From Malacoraja senta (Eukaryota), in contig JAXLNO010000473.1 in assembly GCA_038087875.1 (NCBI GenBank), positions 1-64,000 of the forward strand: DNA of 64,000 bases, in the 5' to 3' direction. The position numbers and the translations under genes were made by a program. The notes under the pieces were generated by a model, which saw only the letters and a program-made list of their open reading frames with translations, made no database searches and had not been told where the DNA came from. Of the stretch, positions 25,086 to 42,596 are shown piece by piece. Numbering within the stretch: position 1 is the stretch's first letter; each line of letters begins with the position of its first letter.

Positions 25086-25427
25086 CAATCCCTCCTCCTT
25101 ATTATCCGGATCGTACAAGTTCATTTCAATCTGCATCTAGTCACCCCCGCATGCTCTTGCCAGCACAACAATCCATGCCTGCGACAGTTCCTCTGTCTGT
25201 TCCATCTTCGCCTGCGCCACATTCTCCTGCTTCGACTCCAGGGACGTTTGTCCAATCCCCCACGGCGGTGACATCGCCTGCTCTTTCCCCAGAGAAAAAG
25301 AATGGAGATGGCCTCTATCGTACACGTCCCGGTCGTGTGTTTCACTATGTTTCACTTTCCACCAGTCTGTCATCGGTTGTGATATTTGCTTTGCTTAGTT
25401 ATGGATATACATCGTTATTGATTCTTT

Positions 25428-25630
25428 AAGAGGGGGATGTAGATTCGTGGCTCAAGCTATGTCTTGCATTGGTAGTTACGCCCACTAGCTTGTTAGCGTC
25501 ACGGTCTGCTGCATTCCGTTAGTCTTAAATTGAACTCCTAAGTGAGAAGTTGTAGTGCATGTAACCAATAAACTCTATATAACCTGACATGGTGTAAGGC
25601 CATTGTTATTATAAGGACTACAAATCAACA
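25428..25630 (+). repeat. Polypurine tract (AAGAGGGGGA) and 3' LTR (25438-25630)
   Basis: TGTAGATT...AATCAACA; shares GTAGTTACGCCCA, TGCTGCATTCC and CATGGTGTAAGGC blocks with the 5' LTR. Confidence 0.85.
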
Positions 25631-32570
<6,940 letters not shown>

Positions 32571-35500
32571 ATGTGTAGGGGTGTAAAATGAGGGAAGAAG
32601 CTATAGGTAGCAAGGTGAAAAGTAAAAGTGGCAGGCAGACAAATCCCAGGGCAAAAATCAAAAAGGGCCACTTTTCAACATAATTGTATAAGGGGTAAGA
32701 GTGTTGTAAAAACAAGCCCTGAAGGCTTTGTCTTAATGCAAGGAGCATTCGTAATAAGGTGGATGAGTTGATTGTGCAGATAGCTATTAATGATTATGAT
32801 GTAGTTGGGATCACGGAGACATGGCTACAGGGTGACCAAGGCTGGGAGCTGAACATCCAGTGATATTCAATATTCAGGAGGGATAGACAGAAAGGAAAAG
32901 GAGGTGGGGTAGCGTTGCTGGTTAGAGAGGAGATTAACGCAATAGAAAGGAAGGACATTGGCTTGGAGGGTGTGGATTCGATATGGGTAGAGCTGCGAAA
33001 CACTAAGGGGCAGAAAACGCTAGTGGGAGTTGTGTACAGGCAACCTAACAGTAGTAGTGGAGTTGGGGATGGCATCAAATAGGAAATTAGAAATGCGTGC
33101 AACAAAGGTAAAACAGTTATAATGGGAGACTTCAATCTACATATAGATTGGGTAAATCAAATTGGCAGGGGTGCTGAGGAAGAGGATTTCTTGGAATCTA
33201 TGCGGGATAGTTTTCTAAACCAACATGTAGAGGAACCAACGAGAGAGCAGCTATTCTAGACTGGGTATTGAGTAATGAGGCAGGGTTAGGTAGCAGTCTT
33301 GTTGTGCGTGGCCCCTTGGGCAAGAGTGACCATAATATTGTTGAGTTCTTCATTAGGATGGAGAGTGACATAGTTAATTCAGAAACAAGGGTTCTGAACT
33401 TAAAGAAAGGTAACTTTGAGGGTATGAGACGTGAATTGGCCAAGATAGACTGGCAATTGATTCTTAAAGGTTGACGGTGGATATGCAATGGAAGGCATTT
33501 AAAGGCTGCATGGATGAACTACAACAATTGTTCATCCCAGTTTGGAAAAATAATAAATCAGGGAAGGTAGTGCATCCGTGGATAACAAGGGAAATCAGGG
33601 ATTGTATCAAAACAAAAGATGAAGCATACAAATTAGCCAGAAACAGCAGCCTACCAGAGGACTGGGAGAAATTCAGAGTCCAGCAGAGGAGGACAAAGGG
33701 CTTAATTAGGAAAGGTAAAATAGATTTTTTTTAAAACTGGCAGGGAACATAAGAACTGACTGCAAATGTTTTTATAGATATGTGAAGAGAAAAGATTAGT
33801 TAAAACTAATGCAGGTCCCTTGCAGTCAGAAACAGGCGAATTGATCATGGGGAACAAGGGCATGGCAGACCAATTGAATAACTACTTTGGTTCTGCCTTC
33901 ACTAAGGAAGACATAAATAATCTGCCGGAAATAGCAGGGGACCGGGGGTCAAATGAGATGGAGGAACTGAGTGAAATCCTGGTTAGCCGGGAAGTGGTGT
34001 TAGGTAAATTGAATGTATTAAAGGCCGATAAATCCCAGGGCCAGATAGGCTGCATCCAGAGTACTTAAGGAAGTAGCCACAGAAATAGTGGATGCATTAG
34101 TGATAATTTTTCAAAACTCTTTAGATTCTGGAGTAGTTCCTGAGGATTGGAGGGTAGCTAATGTAACCCCACTTTAAAAAAAGGGATGGAGAGAGAAAAC
34201 GAGGAATTACAGACCAGTTAGTCTAACATCGGTAGTGGGGAAACTGCTAGAGTCAGTTATTAAAGATGGGATAGCAGCACATTTGCAAAGTGGTGAAATC
34301 ATTGGACAAAGTCAGCGTGGATTTATGAAAGGGAAATCATGTCTGACGAATCTTATAGAATTTTTCGAGGATGTAACTAGTAGAGTGGATAAGGGAGAAC
34401 CAGTGGATGTGTTATATCTGGACTTTCAGAAGGCTTTCGACAAGGTCCCACATAAGAGATTAGTATACAAACTTAAAGAAAACTGTATTGGGTGTTCAGT
34501 ATTGATATGGATAGAGAACTGGCTGGCAGAAAGGAAGCAAAGAGTAGGAGTAAACGGGTCCTTTTCAGAATGGCAGTCAGTGACTAGTGGTGTACCGCAA
34601 GGCTCAGTGCTGGGACCCCAGCTATTTACAATATATATTAATGATTTGGACGAGGGAATTCAATGCAACATCTCCAAGTTTGCGGATGACACGAAGCTGG
34701 GGGGGGGGGCAGTGTTAGCTGTGAGGAGGATGTTACGAGGCGGCAAGGTGACTTGGATAGGCTGGGTGAGTGGGCAAATGCATGGCAGATGCAGTATAAT
34801 GTGGATAAATGTGAGGTTATCCACTTTGGTGGCAAAAACAGGAGGGTAGACTATTATCTGAATGGTGGCCGATTAGGAAAAGGCGAGATGCAACGAGACC
34901 TGGGTGACATGATACACCAGTCATTGAAAGTAGGCATGCAGGTGCAGCAGGCAGTGAAGAAAGCGAATGGTATGTTAGCATTCATAGCAAAAGGATTTGA
35001 GTATAGGAGCAGGGAGTATTGCGTACAGTTTTGGCCTCCTAATCTGAGGAAAGACATTTGTGCCATAGAGGGAGTACAGAGAAGGTTCACCAGACTGATT
35101 CTTGGGATGTCAGGACTTTCATATGAAGAAAGACTGGATAGACTTGGCTTGTACTCGCTAGAATTTAGAAGATTGAGGGGGGATCTTAGAGAAACTTACA
35201 AAATTCTTAAGGGGTTGGACAGGCTAGATGCAGGAAGATTGTTCCCGATGTTGGGGAAGTCCAGAACAAGGGGTCACAGTTTAAGGATAAGGGGGAACTC
35301 TTTTAGGACCGAGATGAGAAAAACATTTTTCACACAGAGAGTGGTGAATCTGTGGAATTCTCTGCCACAGAAGGTAGTTGAGGCCAGTTCATTGGCTATA
35401 TTTAAGAAAGAATTAGATGTAGCCCTTGTGGCTAAAGGTATCAGGGGGTATGGAGAGAAGGCTGGTACAGGATACTGAGTTGGATGATCAGCCATGATCA

Positions 35501-35580
35501 TATTGAATGGCGGTGCAGGCTCGATGGGGCCGAATGGCCTACTCCTGCACCTATTTTCTATGTTTCTATGTCTATGTTTC
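32571..35580 (+). mobile_element. CR1 LINE, nearly complete ORF2 (APE endonuclease plus RT), disrupted
   Basis: [70 protein letters not shown]; (CTATGTTT)-like tail. Confidence 0.95.
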
Positions 35581-35865
35581 TCTCTCGAACTATCTCGAAC
35601 GCGAACTCGATCTCGAACTGGAACTCGAAATCTATCTCGAACTCGAACTCGAATTTGATCTCGAACTCGAGTTGGAGTTCGAGTTACGGGCGGAGCACCA
35701 AGGCAAATTCCTTGCATGTGAGTACTTGACAAATAAACGTATTCATTCAATAATTCATTCATTCATTCATTCATTCATTCATTCATTCATTCATTCATTC
35801 ATTCATCCATTTAAGTCGAACTCGAGTTCGAACTTGAACTTGAACTCCGACTCCAACTCCAACTT
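35581..35865 (+). repeat. Continuation of satellite block B (one core)
   Basis: GAACTC units, core at about 35685-35740 and (CATT)n. Confidence 0.9.
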
Positions 35866-35869
35866 GGTA

Positions 35870-36320
35870 GTGGGTGACCTCCCGAGGGGAGGATCTTGAA
35901 CCTCCTCATGCAGAAGGCTAACAACGCCGGGACCTCTTTCAGCCCTATCAGACATGTACCATTTCCATTTTACAATACAGGAGCGCTGTGCGTGTTCCTC
36001 CTTATGGGAGACGTTGGCGAACTTAACCCAGGTCAGAATAGGTAAGTGAGGTTGCATAACCACTATCCCACACGCCGTAAGGTTTTCGGTCGCAAGAACA
36101 TGCAAATAATTGTCGTTCAAAGGGGGAATATCGCGCGGCGGGATCAGGCAATGTCGTTGTCCAGAAGCCCAGATGCTCCTGCCGTCCGTTATGCTGTTGC
36201 CACAGACTCCACTCCTCCTCACGAGCAGTAGCTGACACCTGCAATTCAAAAGAGACATTCTCCCGCCGTAAAGCAAGCAGGAGCGTCTGTTCCACCATCC
36301 TCTTTTTCCAGTCACTTACC
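35870..36320 (-). mobile_element. pol: Class III (ERV-L-like) endogenous retrovirus pol fragment, RT connection region
   Basis: WSLWQ...LGFWTTTLPDPAARYSPFERQLFAC and, after a frameshift, LPILTWV...SHKEEHAQRSCIVKWKWYMSDRAERGPGVVSLLHEEV resemble ERV-L pol as I recall it. Confidence 0.75.
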
Positions 36321-36910
36321 ACGACGGAGATGCGATTTTTCTCCGCGCCGCATCTCCGTCACCCCATGCGGCCTAACAAGTGGAGTGGTGCGGCCTTTCC
36401 TGAATACCGGCCCGGAGCTTCAAGCCGCCTGTGGCAGAATACCACGGATTTACTACCCTCTGACCAATGAAATTCCTCATCATTTTATTTTAAATAGTAC
36501 GTCTTATTATTCTGAGGCTAGTCAGAGGGGTGGTGAATCTGTGGAATTCTGCCACAGACGGCTGTGGGGACCTCTCATTGCTGAGGTTTGAGGTTCCCAT
36601 CTACAATAAAAGGGCACAGATAATACAATATTGGTAAGGTAACGTGCCTCAATGACTACAGACTAACGTCTGTGGTGATGAAGTGCTTTAAGAGGACGGT
36701 AATGACGCACATCAACTCCTACCACTATAACAACCTGAACGCAGTATAATTTGCCGATAGCAACAAAAGATCAACGGAGAACGTGATCACGCTGGCACTC
36801 CATCCTGCACTGGAGCACTTGGAGAATAACTAAAATATTCGTCAGGCTGTTCCACATAGACAGCAGCTCTATACTTAACACCCAGCTTCCCCTCAAAACT
36901 GGTTACCAAG

Positions 36911-37397
36911 TGCCACGTGTATATGGAGTGTGTGAGGTTGCAGACCCTGTTCTATTATCTACAGGGGCTGCTTCTTGCCTTCTGGCTACATTCCTCACCC
37001 ACCATCCTCATCTTTGGATACCCTGTGCGTAGGGAGAGAATAGTGCTGAATATGCCCTGGGCCTGGCCATGCTGGCCATCCGCTAGTCACGACGCCAGGC
37101 GGAAGAGGGCTCTGCCCGAGCCAACTGCCTGCCCCTTTTCCGGGGCTACATCCGCGCCCGGATGGTGTTAACGAGGGACTACGTGCTTTCCACTGACACC
37201 CTGGGGGATTTCCGGGACTGCTGGGCACCGCGGGGGTTTGAATGCATCCTTGACAAGGATTGTTACATAGTTGTATAGTAGTTTATTTTTGTATATTTGT
37301 TCGTTGTGTATTATGGTGGTGGGTTCTGTTTTGTTTTTTACTGTACTGTATATATTGTTTTAATATTTGAATAAATATTGTTGATTAAATTGTAACA
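36911..37397 (+). mobile_element. 5'-truncated Tx1-clade LINE 3' end
   Basis: HVYMECVRLQTLFYYLQGLLLAFWLHSSPTILIFG, GT-rich 3' UTR with AATAAA, and a 16-bp TSD AAAACTGGTTACCAAG (36895-36910, 37398-37413). Confidence 0.75.
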
Positions 37398-37708
37398 AAA
37401 ACTGGTTACCAAGGGACGAGTAGAGCGTTATTTGTAGCCAGGGTCCAGAGGGCAAGGAGCACCGCCACTTCACCTAGGGTCCAAAGGGGGAGGAGCGGTT
37501 ACGGAAACTAGGGAGTGGGCGGGACCGAAGATGTCCTGGTTGGGTTGCTCCTTGGCCTGGCCAATGCGTCCTTCTGCGAGCCATTGCATTTTTTTTTGAT
37601 TAAAAACAAAGCTGGTTACCAAACTCATGGAACTTGGTCTCTGCGCATCCCTCTGCAATTGGATCCTCGACTTCCTCATCCACAGTCTGTTTGAATTGGT
37701 AGAAATAC

Positions 37709-40700
37709 TAAGATATCCATTATTGAGCAGCTAGCATATGCCAACTAAGCGAATGTCATACTCCTGCAGGAGACACACTGCGAAAATGTGGAGAAATACA
37801 CAATACCTGAATTCACACTAGCTACTTTCACACCACGTAGTATATATGGTCTGGCCACTTTCATCAGAGATGACACGGATTGGGCTATAGAAGGGCAGTC
37901 TGCAGAAGACTCAGATCTGGAATGGCTTGCAGTGGAGGTTCAGGACGTCACCATCATCAATGTGTACAAGCCACCACCATAATACACAACGAACAAATAT
38001 ACAAAAATAAACTACTATACAACTATGTAACAATCCTTGTGCGTCTGGCTACAACATGCATACCAGTGTTCACCCCACCATGTGTATACTCAGGTGATGT
38101 CAACTGCCACCACACCGAATGGGACTACTCAAGATGGAATAGTGATGGAAACAGCGTCATAGATTGGGCATCCGCCAATGACCTCACGCTTCCGTATGAT
38201 CCAAAGGAGCCAAACAGCTTCCATTCAGCCCGCTGGAACACTGGTACAAACCCAGACCTAGCTTTTGCCAGTAACACAAAGAACCACCAGTTACCAACGC
38301 GCCGGGTTCTGGAGAAATTCCCACGGTCACACCACCGACCATCACTCATCACCACAACACCACTGGTTGCTCCAACATCGAGCGGTGGAACTTCTGCAAG
38401 GCCGACTGGGACAAGTTCCAACAACTTACAAATGCAGCCACCTCGGGCCTTCCTCCCCCAGACAGTACCAACCTGGACTCTTCCAACCAAGCCTACTGCA
38501 ACATGTTTATCAGTGCAGGCAAGAAAACCATCCCCCGTGGCTACCAGAGGGATTACATCCCATGCTGGGATGACGGGTGTCACCAGATATACGAAGATCA
38601 TACTGCTGCTGGCACCAAAGAGGATTCTGAAACCACTACCACTACATTGCTCACACGGTTGGATGAGAAACGACAAGAACGCTGGATTGAGACGGTTGAA
38701 TCGATCGATTTCACCAACACGGTAAAGCATGGCACACAGTCAACCGCCTGACCGGCAGAGCTACATCCAAACCCGACAAATGCCCAGTGACATAGTAACC
38801 ATCATAGACCCTCAACTACCCCACGAGCAGGCTGGTTTCCGCCAAGGTCGATCCACTGCAGACCATGTAACCCTCCTCACCCAAGACATCGAGGACTGCT
38901 TTGAGGCAAATGAAAAGGCAGGGGTTGTTCTTATGGATCTCACAGCTGCCTATGACACCGTGTGGCACCGGGGACTAACTGCAAAGCTACTTTGGGTGCT
39001 GCCAGACAGGCGCATGGTACGCTACATCATGGAGCTGATATTTAACCGCAGCTTTGTGCTTAAGACCAGTGATGGACAGCAGAGTAGGATAGGTAGACTG
39101 CAGAATGGCATCCCACAGGGATCTGTCTTGGCTCCGCTGCTTTTCACCGTGTACATCCATTACCTTCCAGAGACCATCGCTGGAAAGTATGGGTATGCTG
39201 ACGATTTAGCCATCCTGATGAGACACAAAGAGAGGCAGACAATCGAAAGCTCCTTGAGTCAAGACATGGGGACTTTGGCAGTATACCTACGACAGTGGCA
39301 TCTAAAGCTGAGCGAAGTTCCTCTTGGATAGATGCAGACCGTTCTATCTGCCCAGAGAGTTTACCTCCACTGTTGTGACTGCAGCCTATATTCCTCCTGA
39401 TGCTAATGCCAAGCTTGCAATGAAAGATCTGCATACTGCCATTAGCAAACAACAGACTCACAACCCCGAGGCAGCCTTCATTGTTGCAGGTGACTTCAAT
39501 CACTCCAACCTGAAGACTGTACTCCCCAAATTCCACCAACATGTCTCCTTCGCCACTAGAGAAGACAAGACACTGGACAAAGTCTACACCAACATGGCTG
39601 AAGCTTACAAAGCCGTCCCCCTCCCCCACCTTGGACAGTGTGATCACCTCTCATTGTTCCTGCTCCCAAAGTACTCCCCACTCATCAGACGGGTTAAACC
39701 CACTGTGAGGACAATTAAAGTCTGGTCAGAGGAGGCGGACTCCACACCTCAGCAGTGTTTTGGAAACACTGACTGGAAGGCGTTTGCAGCCCAGGCCACC
39801 CTTGACTCCCACACGGACATTGACTCCTATACATCCTCTGTTCTGGACTTTATAAACTCCACCATCAACAGTATCACCTCCCTCAAACAGGTGACCATAT
39901 TCCCGAATCAAAAGCCATGGATGAACAGCGAGGTCAGGCTACTGCTGAAAGCACGGGACACCGGTTTCAGGTCAGGCGATGCCCGAGCCTATAGTTCATC
40001 CAGGGGTAACCTGAAGAGGGGCATAAAGAAGGCCAAGCACTGCCATAAGCTCAGGATTGAGGAGCACTTCAACAACAACTCCGACCCCCGACGCATGGGG
40101 CAAGGCATCCAGGCCATCACGGACTTTAGACCCACCAACACCACCCCCACATCCAGCAACGCCTCCTTCCTTGAAGAGCTTAACCACTTCTATGGCCACT
40201 TCGATAGGGACAATCTAGAGATGGCCATCAAGGCGGTGCTCCCTGCCGATCACCAGCCCCTCTCACTCACCCCCTACGACGTGCACGTGGCACTGAGTAG
40301 GACTAATGCACGTAAGGCTGCTGGTCCTGACGGCATCCCCGGGCGCGTCCTCATGGCCTGTGCTGCGCAGATGACAGACGTCTGGACTGACATCTTCAAC
40401 CTGTCACTTGCCCAAGCAGTTGTGCCCACGTGCCTTAAATCCACCTCCATCGTGCCGGTGCCAAAACACTCCACTGCGGCAAGCCTCAGCGACTTCCGCC
40501 CAGTTGCACTTACTCCCATCATCGCCAAGTGCTTCGAGAGGCTGGTCCTGGCACTCCTCAAAGGCTGCCTACCCCCCACATTGGATCCCTATCAGTTTGC
40601 GTACCGCAAGAACAGGAGTACGGAGGATGCCATCTCAACGGCACTCCACTCCGCCCTCTCCCACCTCGACAACAGAGACACTTACGTAAGAATGCTGTTC

Positions 40701-41985
40701 ATCGATTACAGCTCAGCATTCAACACCATCATACCCTCTAAACTGATCAACAAACTCGGTGATCTGGGCATCGACCCCTCCCTCTGCAACTGGATACTGG
40801 ACTTTTTAACCAACAGACCCCAGTCTGTTAGGTTAGACAAGCACACCTCTTCAACCCTCACCCTGAACACCGGCGTTCCACAGGGCTGTGTGCTGAGCCC
40901 CCTCCTCTAAACCCTCTTCACCTATGACTGCACACCTGTACATGGTACTAACACCGTCATCAAGTATGCAGATGATACAACGGTGATTGGCCTCATCGGT
41001 AACAACGATGACTCGGCCTATAGGGAGGAGGTCCAGCTCCTAGCAGCATGGTGCGCTGTCAACAACCTGGCCCATAACTCCAAGAAGACCAAGGAGCTCA
41101 TTGTAGACTTCAGGAAGTCTAGGGGCGGCACGCACACCTCCATCCACATTAACGGGACGGAGGTGGAACGTGTTTCCAGCTTCAGGTTCCTGGGGGTCAC
41201 CATCTCCGATGACCTCTCTTGGACCCACAATACTTCAACTCTGGTCAAGAAGGCTCACCAGCGTCCCTTCTTCCTGAGGAGACTAAAGAAGGTTCATCTG
41301 TCTCCTCAGATTCTGGTGAACTTCTACCGCTGCACCATCGAGAGCATCGTTACCAACTGTATCACAGTATGGTATGGCAACTGCTCTGTCTCCGACCGGA
41401 AAGCACTGCAGAGGGACGTGAAAATTGCCCAACGTATCACCGGCTCCTCACTCCCCTCCATTGAGTCTGTCCAAAGCAAGCGATGTCTGCGAAGGGCGCG
41501 CAGCATCGTCATGGACTGCTCTCACCCCAACCACAGACTGTTTACCCTCCTCCCATCCGGGAGGCGCTACAGGTCCCTCCGTTGCCGGACCAGCAGGTTC
41601 AGGAACAGCTTCTTCCCTGCGGCTGTTACACTACTCAACACTGTACCTCGGTGATTGCCAGTCACTCCCCCCCGGACACTCCTCCCACCAGGATTTATTA
41701 GATATATTTATTGCTCATACTTATGTCGCTCTGCTAGGGAGATGCTAACTGCATTTCGTTGTCTCTGTACTGTACACTGCACAATGACAATAAAGTTGAA
41801 TCTGAATCTGAATCTGAATCTGAAGGCAAAACTGTGTCAACGGCATTCCATCTACACAACAATGAAGCTAAGCGAGAGCTAGCTGTCTTCGTTAACAACA
41901 GGCGCTTGGACTTCGAACAAACACCCACTTACCTCGCCGTGGGTGTTTGTTGCTTCAAAGGTTTATGCTTCACTAACAAGAAGAA
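37709..41985 (+). mobile_element. Vingi/Ingi-like LINE with internal deletions, split by a Rex1 insertion (parts 37709-39317 and 41826-41985)
   Basis: ILLQETH, INVYKPP, TNPDLAF, FPRSHHRP, EQAGFRQGRST, DLTAAYDTVWH, PQGSVLAP, YADDLA, KLSE|GKTVSTAFHL; 11-bp TSD GGTAGAAATAC (37698-37708, 41986-41996). Clade assignment is tentative. Confidence 0.7.
39318..41823 (+). mobile_element. Relatively young 5'-truncated Rex1/Babar LINE
   Basis: The 528-aa and 223-aa ORFs are in the same frame, broken only by TAA at 40908-40910; [31 protein letters not shown] and (TGAATC)n tail. Confidence 0.93.
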
Positions 41986-42596
41986 GGTAGAAATACGTCA
42001 TCCTCAATAACAATCAATACGGGAGCACCTCAAGGCTGCGTGCTCAGCCCCCCTGCTCCACTCACTCCATACTCATGACTGTGTAGCCGGACACAGTGCG
42101 AACTCCATCTTCAAGCTCATCGACAACACCACCATTGTTGGGCGAATTACAGATGGTGATGAGTGTGAAAGAAATTAGATCGACCGATTGGCCAAATGAT
42201 GCCAGCACAATAACCTGGCTCTCAATATCAGTAAAACCAATGAACTGATTGTGGACTTTGGAAGAGGAAGAATGAGGTTCCACAATCCCGTTTATATCAA
42301 CGGGACGATGGTGGAGAGAGTTAACATTTTCAAATTCCTGGCGTGCATATTTCCGAAGATCTTTCCTGGACCCAGCAGACTGATGCAATTATAAATAAAG
42401 CATATCAACGCCTCTACTTCCTGAGAAGATTACGGATATTCGGTGTGTCAAAGAGGATTCTCTTGAACAGCTACAAGTGTAAAGTGGAGAACATATTGTC
42501 TGGTTGCATCATGGCCTGGTTCGACAACTACCCAGTCCATCACCGGCTGTGACCTCCCCACCATTGAAGGGATTTACCGGAGTCGCTGCCTCAAAA

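Larger units (their letters stand above)
19839..25630 (+). mobile_element. Ty3/Gypsy LTR retrotransposon, decayed and internally rearranged
   Basis: LTR-PBS-gag-PR-RT-RH-IN-PPT-LTR order; TG...CA ends; many stops and frameshifts. Confidence 0.92.
36630..42596 (+). mobile_element. Old Rex1/Babar LINE split into three parts (about 36630-36910, 37608-37708, 41997-42596) by nested insertions
   Basis: KVTCLNDYR...[52 protein letters not shown]...[11 protein letters not shown]. Parts are collinear once the inserts are removed. Confidence 0.85.

Noticed and set aside
39324..41654. Active autonomous LINE
   Set aside because: 5'-truncated within the endonuclease and interrupted by a TAA just upstream of the YADD motif.
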